Shown: positions 18,613-28,543 of the stretch, in pieces
Layout of the letters: each line of letters starts with the position of its first letter
Position numbering within the stretch: position 1 is the stretch's first letter
IMG/VR virus record: IMGVR_UViG_3300032295_003763
Coordinates: 32,001 to 96,000 of that record
Length of the DNA: 64,000 nt
Reading direction: 5' to 3' (one strand)
Source of the DNA: a virus
Lineage: Duplodnaviria > Caudoviricetes
Translations under genes and position numbers: made by a program
The notes under the pieces: model-generated
What the model saw: only the letters and a program-made list of their open reading frames with translations
What the model was told of the DNA's origin: nothing
Databases searched by the model: none

Positions 18613-20413
18613 AGGCTTCAAAATAATTCAATACTACGATAGGAACATGTTTTCTAAAATCTGACCATAAATCATTAATAATGTAACTATACAATTTTTT
18701 ATAGTCTGGATCTTTATCAAGAGTAATCAAAGAAAAGTCAGAGCCATGTAAATCAGCTGATTCTAATTGCTTTTCAAAATAATCTTTATCTTTATTCTGA
18801 ACGATCATATGCTCAGGTTCATAGCCTTTAGACAATAAGACTGCTACTATTTCAGAAATATCGCTGCTTCTAACATTCACTACATCTTCAATAAGAGTAT
18901 TATATTCTCTTTCAATTGAATTAAGCATACGTATTTGAACTTCTTCTTGTGTAAGATTATAGTTCGTTCTAATATTTACTAGAACTACCTTATTGCTATG
19001 TTCTGATTGCATATCTTCTATTCTCTTCAAATGTTCATTTGTGAAAAGTTCAAAGCTATCAACTATAACGCATACTTTCTTTAGTTCCCTATTATATTTT
19101 TGACCATCTTCTGACAAAAGCTTGAATTGATCAAAAAGTTTTTTTGATATCTTTTGGTTCTTAGATTCTATGGTATCTTCCGATTCTTTCACGTCATGAA
19201 TTTTACCATAGCGTTTCATTTCATCGAAAGTCAAAATACCTAATTCATTATCATCAGCTTCATTAACTGGAGATGAGCATAAATCTGATATTTCTTGTAC
19301 AATTGTATTAAAGCGAGTTAATACATATTCTGTGAAGAAATGATTTGTGCCTTTTTTTCTTTTTCTAAAAGCAGCTAATATTACTTTAAATACATTTTCC
19401 CAACTTTCTTCAGATGTAATAAGTTTAGATGTCTGTTTATTTGGAATATATTCTAAACCAACCTTAAATGCTTCTTTCTGCATAAATTTAGGAAGTTCGA
19501 AATCAACATCCTTATACTTACTACCATATTTTTTAATAAAATCATTGAAGATACTACAAATTAAAGAAAGATACCTTTCTTCTGGACTTTCTCCTTCGAT
19601 GTTATAGTTTGAAATATCCTCACCCTGCAAAAATTCAACAATATCTAAAAGAGTAAGCCAATAAATATCAGAAGGTAAAGATGACTTTTTTGTATTATTT
19701 TCTATTTTTCTTGAATAGAAAACAGGATCCAAAATTTTAGCAGTATAATTTTCAGAATCATTATCAAATCTAAAAACTACACCTTCAATTAAACCTCTAT
19801 CGCTATCTCTTAAGAAAGATGAACTTTTGTCTGGATTTAAAATTGAAAGAAGATGTCTAATAAATGAATTTGTTTCAAACTTTTCTTTTAATTTATCATT
19901 AGGAGTTCTTATAAACTCAACTATTTTATTCTTTTGGGGTTCAGATAAAAGTCCCTGAAAAATTAAAGGAGGAGTTTCAATTTCAAGAAAATCTGCCCAC
20001 TCTTCAAGTAAATTTTTATTGTCTAAAACTTTTTTTGCATTTTTGCTATTATCTATGATGTTAATCAACACCAATCCATTTTTTGGCATTTTATCATAAG
20101 ATATATAAACAGGATTCTTATCGATGAAATACTCACAACAAAATCTCCAATTAGTAGGAATAATTTTTATCTTTTCCAAAGGGAGATTTTGAAAATGCTT
20201 TATAGCATTATTATAGTATTGAGATAAAGTAATATCGATTTTAGAAATAGGAGTATTTTGATCCTGTTTGTAAAAACTAAAATTACCTTCTTCATCGATT
20301 TCGAAACTAAATTGAGAAGCATCGAGTTTCTCATATACAGTTACTGGTAAAGTAAAAAGACGATTTATAAATTCGTCACCTTTATTATTTATTAATTCTT
20401 GAAAGGTTACCAT
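18599..20413 (-). CDS. Rnl2-like RNA ligase/nucleotidyltransferase fused to a degenerate cytidylyltransferase-like domain
   Basis: Motif I YEKLDASQFSF, motif III CEY, motif IV IEGVVFR, motif V AKI. C-terminal VCVIVDSFELFTNEH resembles a decayed G.F.P.T.GH motif. Confidence 0.6.
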   Translation of the reverse strand: MVTFQELINNKGDEFINRLFTLPVTVYEKLDASQFSFEIDEEGNFSFYKQDQNTPISKIDITLSQYYNNAIKHFQNLPLEKIKIIPTNWRFCCEYFIDKNPVYISYDKMPKNGLVLINIIDNSKNAKKVLDNKNLLEEWADFLEIETPPLIFQGLLSEPQKNKIVEFIRTPNDKLKEKFETNSFIRHLLSILNPDKSSSFLRDSDRGLIEGVVFRFDNDSENYTAKILDPVFYSRKIENNTKKSSLPSDIYWLTLLDIVEFLQGEDISNYNIEGESPEERYLSLICSIFNDFIKKYGSKYKDVDFELPKFMQKEAFKVGLEYIPNKQTSKLITSEESWENVFKVILAAFRKRKKGTNHFFTEYVLTRFNTIVQEISDLCSSPVNEADDNELGILTFDEMKRYGKIHDVKESEDTIESKNQKISKKLFDQFKLLSEDGQKYNRELKKVCVIVDSFELFTNEHLKRIEDMQSEHSNKVVLVNIRTNYNLTQEEVQIRMLNSIEREYNTLIEDVVNVRSSDISEIVAVLLSKGYEPEHMIVQNKDKDYFEKQLESADLHGSDFSLITLDKDPDYKKLYSYIINDLWSDFRKHVPIVVLNYFEAFKIS

Positions 20414-20414
20414 A

Positions 20415-20984
20415 ATGGGAACTACCTTAAATTTTGTTGAATTTTTTGAAATAATTCTCTCAGAAGAGAATCAAGACTTTGAACATAAAGTATATATCTT
20501 AAAACAATTATCTTCTAAAATCCGCAAGGAGTTTTTTAATAATAACTTCATGCCTTTTTTAAAAGATCTTATGTCAATTTTAGGTGTAATTGATAAAGCT
20601 ATTTCTACAAAAAGTATAGAATTACCTGGAAAACCTAAAAGAGTATTAGATATTGACGATTCTCTTTCAATAGATATATTAGAAGCATCCAGAGTAATAT
20701 TTAAAGATCTATTAGTAGAGGGCACAAAACGCTGGAACATTCTACTAGATTCAATTGAATTTACACCCAATTCTAACAACGGGACATTAAAGATCAACAT
20801 GCCTAGTTCTAATGTAGGTTTATTTTTCAATATAACAACATTAGACAATAGAAGAATAATACTTTTCAAAGACATAGGTTTAGATTCGAATAATGAATGG
20901 GAATGGGAAATTAATTGGGAATATGATATTCCTAAAGAAACCATTAAACATGCATTAAAAGAAAAGATAACAAATTTATTTTAA
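20415..20984 (+). CDS. Hypothetical protein with capsid-targeting-like leader
   Basis: 189-aa ORF; leader TLNFVEFFEIILSE. Confidence 0.65.
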   Translation: MGTTLNFVEFFEIILSEENQDFEHKVYILKQLSSKIRKEFFNNNFMPFLKDLMSILGVIDKAISTKSIELPGKPKRVLDIDDSLSIDILEASRVIFKDLLVEGTKRWNILLDSIEFTPNSNNGTLKINMPSSNVGLFFNITTLDNRRIILFKDIGLDSNNEWEWEINWEYDIPKETIKHALKEKITNLF

Positions 20985-22504
20985 ATAGTTACATCATAAA
21001 TTTTGTAAGGAAATCCTTGAGTTTCATAAATCTCAAGTCTTTTTTCCATATGCCTAATTAAGAAGTTCTTATCCCCGTTATATGAAAAGTCGTCAACTAT
21101 ATCAATAATATTTGTTTTTTCTTTAGTAGAGTGCAGTCTCATACCTCTACCTATAGATTGTCTGATTATCTTATCAGATTTGAATGATTCTGCAAAAACA
21201 ATATTATGGATATTCTTAACACTAATACCTGTTGAAAATGTACCAAAGGAAGCAATCAGAACCTTATTCTCCCCATGTTCTAACGATTGCTTATAGTATT
21301 CTCTTTTTTCAATATCAGTTTCACCATCTACATAAAACACATCCTTATCTTTTGATATTTCAATAATTCTTTCTTGTATCTTTTTACCATAATCAGCTTT
21401 TACATTATGGAACAATACCAAAGTATTCTTTGTAGTTTTATTTACAAGATCACAGATATATTTTAATCTTATATCTGATTCTATCACAAGTTTTCTCTCA
21501 ATATCTAAAATCTTTGCACCGTCTATACTATTCCTTCTTTTTCTAATCTGTTGAAGTTTATCTCTCGTATCTTCGTCCAAATAGTTTAGTTTAATTACTT
21601 TTACTTGAACTGGAGTAGCATATTTGTTTTGAAATAGAAACTCGGCTGATACTTTATTTATCAAAGGTCCTAAAAATGCCTGTAGCGTAAGCCTTTCTGC
21701 AAAATCATCCTTCTCCAAAGTACCTGAGAGACCAAATCTATATACAACATTTCTACATTTAGCCAAAGTCTCCTTTACAGACTTTGCTTGCGTAAAATGC
21801 GCTTCGTCCACACATACTACATCAAAACTTTCAAAAAACTGATTTCCCTGTTTGACTAAAGATTGAAATGTACCAATAACGACATGGGTATCTGATTTCA
21901 ATTCTTTATCAGTTTGACCTGAAATCATTTGTATATTCAAAGACGCATCATTATTTGAATAGTCTTGAAAATCTTCATATGTCTGAATGATAAGAGAAAT
22001 ATTCGGTACAATTATAAGCATCTTATTTAAAAGACCCTTATGCCTTAAAAATGCCAGCACCATATACATTATCAATGTTTTACCCGCACTAGTTGCGATC
22101 TCAGATATTGATAATTTATATTTTAATATAAGCCAAACTGAATTAATCTGATAATCTCTAGGTTCAATCTTATTACCACTTTTATCAAAAAAAGAAGTCG
22201 CATTAATCCAAGAAAGATATTCTTCCTTAGTATAAGGCGACTTAAATAAATCGAAATTTTCGAAATTTACAGCAAATCCATGCTCTTTACAAACTTCTGT
22301 CAATTCATGCCATAGACCAACTGGTATTCTACCAGCACTATCGATATACGTAATATATCCATCCCAAAGTTTTCTTTTAACTTGAGGATTAAATCTCCAG
22401 TTTTTTACTCTTTTTCTAAAAGACATTTGAAGCTGCTTAAACTCTATATCTGTGCATTCTATGACTTGTAGAAAGTTTTTATTTTCAGAAAGTTTAACAA
22501 GCAT
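20981..22504 (-). CDS. uvsW: UvsW-like SF2 DNA helicase
   Basis: WDG.I, PRDYQ, ATSAGKT, VDEAH, GLSGT, FSTGISVKN, QSIGRGMR. Confidence 0.93.
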   Translation of the reverse strand: MLVKLSENKNFLQVIECTDIEFKQLQMSFRKRVKNWRFNPQVKRKLWDGYITYIDSAGRIPVGLWHELTEVCKEHGFAVNFENFDLFKSPYTKEEYLSWINATSFFDKSGNKIEPRDYQINSVWLILKYKLSISEIATSAGKTLIMYMVLAFLRHKGLLNKMLIIVPNISLIIQTYEDFQDYSNNDASLNIQMISGQTDKELKSDTHVVIGTFQSLVKQGNQFFESFDVVCVDEAHFTQAKSVKETLAKCRNVVYRFGLSGTLEKDDFAERLTLQAFLGPLINKVSAEFLFQNKYATPVQVKVIKLNYLDEDTRDKLQQIRKRRNSIDGAKILDIERKLVIESDIRLKYICDLVNKTTKNTLVLFHNVKADYGKKIQERIIEISKDKDVFYVDGETDIEKREYYKQSLEHGENKVLIASFGTFSTGISVKNIHNIVFAESFKSDKIIRQSIGRGMRLHSTKEKTNIIDIVDDFSYNGDKNFLIRHMEKRLEIYETQGFPYKIYDVTI

Positions 22505-22524
22505 TCAATTACTCAAAAAGAAGA

Positions 22525-22722
22525 TTACTGTAATTTAGACTCTTTTTCTTCAGAAGGTTCGATAGGAGCGTTTGATGATGCTGCCTTTACGAATTGTTCA
22601 TAAGACATCAAATGTGATTTAGGTGTCTTAATGGAATAACCCATGTTTTTACCGATTTCAGAAGCAACTACGTTAGCGTCTGTAGTTTGAAGTTCAATCG
22701 GGTGTTCTGACTCATGTTTCAT
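22525..22722 (-). CDS. Small late protein (65 aa)
   Basis: Two GATATATA motifs upstream; internal HLMSYEQFV leader-like motif. Confidence 0.6.
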   Translation of the reverse strand: MKHESEHPIELQTTDANVVASEIGKNMGYSIKTPKSHLMSYEQFVKAASSNAPIEPSEEKESKLQ

Positions 22723-22758
22723 AATGAAATGTATTATTTTTGAATATATTCTAGATAT

Positions 22759-22785
22759 TATATATCATTCTAAATACTATATATC
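22759..22785 (-). promoter_or_regulatory. Tandem GATATATA late-promoter motifs
   Basis: Two copies (22759-22766 and 22778-22785) upstream of ATG 22722. Confidence 0.65.
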
Positions 22786-22803
22786 TATTTTAATTTACGT
22801 TTT

Positions 22804-23274
22804 TTACTTACCACTTAAAAATTGTTCAATTTGTAATTTATTTCTTACACCATAAAGCATAGAATCTAAATTCTTAACAGTTTCTTTATAATAGTCTATA
22901 TGATGTTCTATGAGGCTTATCTTCTTTTGGAGATCTGCCAGATCACCTTCAACCATGATTGTTTTTTCTCCCTGACCTAATTTTATGTCAGAATCTATGG
23001 TATATTTAATAAATAATTCTTTTTTCTTAGATTTATACACAGAATTATAAAGAGCTAGATATTGATAAAGTTTTGAGATTCTCTCAATAATGATTTGCCT
23101 TGAGGAATATAAATCTACTTGTAATCCCGCCACTTGATCGAGTTTATTCACTCGATTTGCCATATCAATTACCTTATCCTTCCATTTAAGGCGTTCTTCT
23201 TCAAATTCCTCAGAGATACTTCGTTTCGAAGTATTATCGGAATCTATCTCAAATATTGAATCGTTATCTTCCAT
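22804..23274 (-). CDS. uvsY: UvsY-like recombination mediator
   Basis: Helical protein ending ...GVRNKLQIEQFLSGK, similar to the UvsY C-terminus; adjacent to UvsW. Confidence 0.7.
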   Translation of the reverse strand: MEDNDSIFEIDSDNTSKRSISEEFEEERLKWKDKVIDMANRVNKLDQVAGLQVDLYSSRQIIIERISKLYQYLALYNSVYKSKKKELFIKYTIDSDIKLGQGEKTIMVEGDLADLQKKISLIEHHIDYYKETVKNLDSMLYGVRNKLQIEQFLSGK

Positions 23275-23485
23275 TAATATTCTTTCTCTTTAAATTTATT
23301 TCTTTTAATGGTAATTCTTTGACCTTACCATCTTCAAAGTTTACTGACCAATTATCCTGAATTGAAAATGGTTTTCCATCTTTGTATTTCCAAATCATAT
23401 CTATAGGATAATAAATTTTTTCTTCTGGTACATCTAGATAAAATGAATCTAAACCTTTCTCTTCTTTTCTGTCTTCCCAATCCAT
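23264..23485 (-). CDS. Hypothetical protein (73 aa)
   Basis: Overlaps both neighbours in the replication operon. Confidence 0.5.
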   Translation of the reverse strand: MDWEDRKEEKGLDSFYLDVPEEKIYYPIDMIWKYKDGKPFSIQDNWSVNFEDGKVKELPLKEINLKRKNINGR

Positions 23486-24567
23486 AAAGCATTTAAATAA
23501 TTATTTGTAAAGTATTTATTATAATCAAATTTTTTATTACTCTTTTTAGCGTATATAACAATATCCGAAAAATCAACTTTTGGCTTATCTAAAAATTGTT
23601 CCATACCTATGTTTTCAGTAAAAAATTTAGACCACATGAAAACAGTTAAACCTTCTTTCAAATAACTAACAGATTTTTCAATACCAGGCTTATCATAATC
23701 AAACATAAATCTCATAGATTTAGTAAGAAAAGGTGGTTTTCTTTGCAAAGAACAGAGTGCTATAGAATTAGGCATTAGAAAAGAATCCATAGGTCCTTCA
23801 AAAACTGTTATAGGTAAAGATAAGTCCACAGACAAACAACCAAAGGTTGTTGAGAGTGGATCCAATCTTTTCATAAGAGTTTCATCATAATTAATCTTCA
23901 ATAATTTATACATTGCCGACATTTCATATGTCAAATATTTAGGACCACTATTGTCAAATGTTCTAATTTGAAAACCAATAATCTTTTGTTCTTGGTGATC
24001 CATATTTAAAATATACAGAAGATTTCTCTTTGGGCTCCAAGCAAAATTCTTAAAATCTCTTTGCTCCCTACCTAAAAGATATCGCATGCCTGCATTAGTT
24101 TCTTCTATCGGAACTAAATTTAATTTAGACATAAATAAATCTTTAGGTATAGCAGAATTTAATATATCGTCACCAAATATATCAGAAATTCTCTCTGAAG
24201 AATTTGATGAAAATCCTATATCTCCACTTTCCTGTTTAGATTTTTCTACAAAAGAAACTACAGATCCATTCTTAACATCAACATCTAGTTTCTTAAGAAA
24301 CCACATGAGAGTTTGATGTTCACCACAATTAAAACAATGATAATGAAAATCAGTTAGATAAATATTACCCCTTTTCTTCGTATGATCTGCGCTCGAATCA
24401 CCGCAAAATGGACATGCGAAATTCCATCTATCATCATAAAAATCGATTTTAGTTTTAGGACCACTCGAAAAACGTTCTTTTAAAGAATCAAGTACAAACG
24501 TCTTAATATCATCTGAATTTAATTCTTGATTTTTAAGTTCATATTTGAAATTGGTAATTTGGTTCAT
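23449..24567 (-). CDS. gp61: T4 gp61-like DNA primase
   Basis: Zn finger NFACPFCGDS...YHCFNCG; TOPRIM VFEGPMDS and FDYDKPG. Confidence 0.92.
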   Translation of the reverse strand: MNQITNFKYELKNQELNSDDIKTFVLDSLKERFSSGPKTKIDFYDDRWNFACPFCGDSSADHTKKRGNIYLTDFHYHCFNCGEHQTLMWFLKKLDVDVKNGSVVSFVEKSKQESGDIGFSSNSSERISDIFGDDILNSAIPKDLFMSKLNLVPIEETNAGMRYLLGREQRDFKNFAWSPKRNLLYILNMDHQEQKIIGFQIRTFDNSGPKYLTYEMSAMYKLLKINYDETLMKRLDPLSTTFGCLSVDLSLPITVFEGPMDSFLMPNSIALCSLQRKPPFLTKSMRFMFDYDKPGIEKSVSYLKEGLTVFMWSKFFTENIGMEQFLDKPKVDFSDIVIYAKKSNKKFDYNKYFTNNYLNALWIGKTEKKRKV

Positions 24568-24583
24568 TGCTTTAATAAAAAAT

Positions 24584-24610
24584 AAGGGGCATAATCAAAT
24601 TATGCCCCTT
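24584..24610 (-). terminator. Intrinsic terminator after gp32
   Basis: 12-bp stem aaggggcataat/attatgcccctt followed by a U-tract on the minus strand. Confidence 0.8.
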
Positions 24611-24626
24611 TGTGGAGTAAACTCAA

Positions 24627-25589
24627 TTAGTCGTCACTGAGACCTTTGTAAAAATCATCATCATCATCGTCAAAATTAATATCATCGTCATCTAATGAAG
24701 TAGATGATACCAAGTCATCTTCAATATTCAATGAAGATGCTGATGTTTTTTGAGCAGATGCTTTAGGAGCAGATGGCTTATTTTCAATAACCACTTCTCT
24801 TGTCTTAGAAGACAAAGCAGACTCGATTAAAGCTCCGTTAGGTACGGTGTTTCTAATAAATTCATTCACAAAATCTTGGGTTTGGTCATCCCATTTTTTG
24901 TACATGTAAGAATCGAGACTTGGAGAATTTTCCTTCAACCAGTTCAACAATTCATCAGGTTCTATACTTTCTTTATCGATATGCTTACCATCGATCTTCA
25001 ATGGCCAAGGCTCATCCAAGAAATATGAATCATCATAATTAGTATATCCACCTTTCTTTGTAACAATCAAAGAGAAAGGACGACCCATAAATGGATCAAA
25101 TGGTTTTCTAGGCTTACCTAATAGAGGTGGTTCCAATTCATTTTGGATTTTATCAAAAATCTTTTGACCGAACTTGAACACCATGATTTTACCTTCAAGC
25201 TCTGGCTTGTTTTCATCTTTAACGATATAAACAAGAGAGTAACAAGTCTTTTTACGCTTAAACTTTTCAGCCAATTCTTTTTCTCTTACTGAATTAGACT
25301 TATAAAGTTTGAAGAACATATCTCGTAATACAGACTTTTCATTTTCAGTTGAAGGACAATCTACAGTACGTTTTTTACCAGAAATTGGATCTTCAAGAAA
25401 ATATGTCCATTTATTAATGATAGACTTTTTAGCGTCTTTCCAAAGAGGGATGAAACGGACAATAGAACTATAGCTTCCATTTCTACCATTTTCAGGTGAG
25501 GGCTTGTACAGATTGGAATCTGATACAACGATGTTGGTTTCTTTGATATCAGCACTGGTAACATCAAAGATGTCGAAATTTGTTCCCAT
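24627..25589 (-). CDS. gp32: T4 gp32-like single-stranded DNA-binding protein
   Basis: IVRFIP, DCPST, YIVKD..PELEGKIMVFKFGQKIFDKI, NYDDS.F, acidic tail DDDDDDFY. Confidence 0.93.
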   Translation of the reverse strand: MGTNFDIFDVTSADIKETNIVVSDSNLYKPSPENGRNGSYSSIVRFIPLWKDAKKSIINKWTYFLEDPISGKKRTVDCPSTENEKSVLRDMFFKLYKSNSVREKELAEKFKRKKTCYSLVYIVKDENKPELEGKIMVFKFGQKIFDKIQNELEPPLLGKPRKPFDPFMGRPFSLIVTKKGGYTNYDDSYFLDEPWPLKIDGKHIDKESIEPDELLNWLKENSPSLDSYMYKKWDDQTQDFVNEFIRNTVPNGALIESALSSKTREVVIENKPSAPKASAQKTSASSLNIEDDLVSSTSLDDDDINFDDDDDDFYKGLSDD

Positions 25590-25764
25590 ACAGGACTCCT
25601 TTAATTAATTTTAAAAACTTGCAAAACTTGACCTTACGGCACTAACTGCAAAAACTTTACTTATACTTACTATATCGAATGTTTTTTTAAACTATTCGTT
25701 TAATAACATGCAATATACGGATATATATATTAGATTCCAAATAAAGTTGAAAATAATTTTTATT

Positions 25765-27102
25765 ATGACTCCAGAACTACAACACGAAGCTCTAAATGCC
25801 TGTAGAATAGGCTTTGAATTTGAGTTTTTTACAAATTATGAACGTCAAGAAGCAGCTAGACTGCTTTCTAAAGAATTAGAGCCAAAGGTTGTTTTAGGTC
25901 GCGGTAAGGCTATTGATAAAAAAACTAATATGGGTTCTAGCACCAAACCTACATCTAACCTTTTCAGACTTATACCTGATTTCTCAGGAGGCGGTCAAAT
26001 GAAAGAACTGGTAACAGGACCACTACCTTATCATGAAGCTAGACTCATTTTAAAAAGAGTGCTAAAATGGATTTCTGAAAATGGATGGACTACAGAAAAA
26101 TGTGGTCTCCATATTAATATATCATTTGACGAATTTTATGTGAAGTTAGCATGTAAACTATCACATTTAGATAAACTCAAATTTATTCTTTCTTATGATG
26201 AAAATAAAATTTTCAAGGCATTCCCAAATAGAGAGAATAATATCTATGCTAGAGGAATTAAACAAATATTCCCAGTAAATAGATTTATGAATCTTGAAAA
26301 CGTCAAAGGCGTATCAAAAGATATGTATTTAATTCCAAATACCAAATATTACTCTGTAAATTTTGATAAAATCAAAAATAACTATTTGGAATTTCGATCA
26401 ATTGGTGGTGCTGGATATGAAAAAAAATCCGATGAAATTCTGGACATTATGCAATATAATGCTTTAACGCTTTTTGAATGTTTACATAATCCTTCTTACA
26501 CAGAAGAGAATCTGTTCACACTAAATAAAATATTATCAGAGCACAAAAACTCTATAGGTGCATTTTCAAATTTAGAAGTGTTTATGCTGAAATTCCCAAA
26601 GATTAAAATATTTGTTGATTTAAAGGGTGATGTTGAAATAATCAAGCAGTATTTCGCCTTGATAAAAGATAAACTATTTGATTTGATTTTATTCGGTGGA
26701 ATTGATAATGCTTTAATAAACTATGATACAGATATTGCTAGAATTCAAGTTAAAGGTGCTGTATTTAAAGATTCCTTTTTAATTAAAGATGTCGACTTAG
26801 TAAACTGTAATGCATCTGGTATTTTAGAACATTGTAAATTATGGAATTGTAATATTTCAAAAGCACACTTGGAAAATTGTGATTTGATTATTTCAAACAC
26901 AATCAAAGATTCGAAAATAACTAGATGTGAAATGGGAGTTAAATCGTTTATAGATAATTGTTATATTGAAAATGGTTCAAAAACTATAAATGGTAAAATA
27001 AATAATTCTATAATTAGATCTGGGCAAATAGCAGATACTGCAAAAATGGATGATAAGACTGAAGTGATAAAACTTACACGAAAAGTAAAGAAATATACAT
27101 GA
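25765..27102 (+). CDS. Putative COOH-NH2 amidoligase (Amidoligase_2-like) with C-terminal beta-helix
   Basis: IGFEFEF, D.S, ELVTGP, CGLHINIS, KYYSVN, LEFRS; C-terminal [NS]C.I pentapeptide-like repeats. Start placed at ATG 25765, downstream of GATATATA 25720-25727. Confidence 0.78.
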   Translation: MTPELQHEALNACRIGFEFEFFTNYERQEAARLLSKELEPKVVLGRGKAIDKKTNMGSSTKPTSNLFRLIPDFSGGGQMKELVTGPLPYHEARLILKRVLKWISENGWTTEKCGLHINISFDEFYVKLACKLSHLDKLKFILSYDENKIFKAFPNRENNIYARGIKQIFPVNRFMNLENVKGVSKDMYLIPNTKYYSVNFDKIKNNYLEFRSIGGAGYEKKSDEILDIMQYNALTLFECLHNPSYTEENLFTLNKILSEHKNSIGAFSNLEVFMLKFPKIKIFVDLKGDVEIIKQYFALIKDKLFDLILFGGIDNALINYDTDIARIQVKGAVFKDSFLIKDVDLVNCNASGILEHCKLWNCNISKAHLENCDLIISNTIKDSKITRCEMGVKSFIDNCYIENGSKTINGKINNSIIRSGQIADTAKMDDKTEVIKLTRKVKKYT

Positions 27103-28520
27103 TAACGAATCTTATTGAATTTCAATTTTGTAAAATACTAGAATCTTTAGTACAGTTAGATGCGCAATTTATTGAAATGCTACATCAAATAGATCATCCG
27201 ATTTCTCAAGAAATAATCGGTATGATTGATGACAGAAATTTTATAGATACTGAAAGTGACTTAAAAGATATATCTACTATTTATTTAAGCCAAAGTCCCG
27301 ATGAGATAAACTATAAGAGAAGCAATAGAGACCTCAACTCTTCTGACAAGATGAAGATAGGTAAGTTTGTTAAAAAGATAAATAATAAATACAATTCAAC
27401 AGATATAGAGAAATTTGTTACTATCTATAAGTCAATTTATCTTGAAAAAGAAGCTGATCCTGTTATTTTAACAGGAGATGACTTGAGAAAGTCTTTCTTA
27501 ATTAAAAATGTTGCAGCAGAGGTTGGGGATTATGCTACTAATTGTATGCGCTTTGAATCAACTCAGGAATACTTAGATATTTATGTTCATAATCCAGATA
27601 AAGTATCAAGTGTTGTTTTAAAAAATGAGGATAATAAAATCCTTAGTAGAGCTTTATTATGGAATACAGACGACGGTAGCATAGTAATGGATAGAGTTTA
27701 TGCTGTAGATCCAGGGTGGAAAAGAGTTTTACACAATTGGGCTAATTCTCAGGGATATTATTATAGAGCCAAAGATGACACTAAACCATTTAATAGCGAT
27801 ATATTCATACACAAAGGTAGAGAAGTCACAAAGAACTTTACAATCACATTAAAAAATTTCAAATTCAAATCATATCCTTATTTAGATACATTCTTTTATC
27901 TTGATACGGATGGAAAACTCCAGAATTTTGCACCAGAGAATAAAAACTATTTTGAATTAAGAAATAGTGATGGTTTATTATCATCACTTATTGAATTCGA
28001 ATGGTGGATGAATCGGAAAGCCGAAACAAAAGAAGAGGTTAAAGAGTTTTTAGAAAAGGTCTTAATAGTTGATTATAAAATACTTGATGATATGAGCATT
28101 GATGTTTTTCAAAAGGTTAGCATAATATGGGAAAACATGAAACTTATACCAGTTAATTTTAATAGTATTAAAGGTAGCGTTATTTTATCAGGTAATAAAT
28201 TACAATCTCTAGAAGGTTTGCCTAATGAAATTTTTGGTGATTTAGACTTATCTAGTAATCAGCTCAGAACTTTGAAAGGATGCCCAGAAGTTGTACATGG
28301 TACTTTCGATGTCAGCGATAATTTCTTAAAATCATTTGAGTATGGACCTAAAATAGTAGATGAAGATTATTTAGCGGAAAAGAATGAAATTATAAATGTC
28401 GAACATTTACCTCAAGTAATCCAAGGGGATTTAGATCTTAAAAATCAAAAGTCAAATAAGAAGTTCAAAAAAAGTGATTTTACACCCATAACTAAAATAA
28501 AAGGTGATGTAATAATATAA
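27099..28520 (+). CDS. NCMR/RALLW/MDRVY-domain protein with C-terminal leucine-rich repeats
   Basis: NCMR...RALLW...MDRVY...YPYLDTF phage domain; LRRs GNKLQSLEGLP, SNQLRTLKGCP, DNFLKSFEYGP; ATGA overlap with the amidoligase. Confidence 0.7.
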   Translation: MITNLIEFQFCKILESLVQLDAQFIEMLHQIDHPISQEIIGMIDDRNFIDTESDLKDISTIYLSQSPDEINYKRSNRDLNSSDKMKIGKFVKKINNKYNSTDIEKFVTIYKSIYLEKEADPVILTGDDLRKSFLIKNVAAEVGDYATNCMRFESTQEYLDIYVHNPDKVSSVVLKNEDNKILSRALLWNTDDGSIVMDRVYAVDPGWKRVLHNWANSQGYYYRAKDDTKPFNSDIFIHKGREVTKNFTITLKNFKFKSYPYLDTFFYLDTDGKLQNFAPENKNYFELRNSDGLLSSLIEFEWWMNRKAETKEEVKEFLEKVLIVDYKILDDMSIDVFQKVSIIWENMKLIPVNFNSIKGSVILSGNKLQSLEGLPNEIFGDLDLSSNQLRTLKGCPEVVHGTFDVSDNFLKSFEYGPKIVDEDYLAEKNEIINVEHLPQVIQGDLDLKNQKSNKKFKKSDFTPITKIKGDVII

Positions 28521-28543
28521 AAGCCCCGATTGGGGCTTTTTTT
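28519..28543. terminator. Bidirectional intrinsic terminator
   Basis: aaaagcccc-gatt-ggggctttt between convergent genes. Confidence 0.85.
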
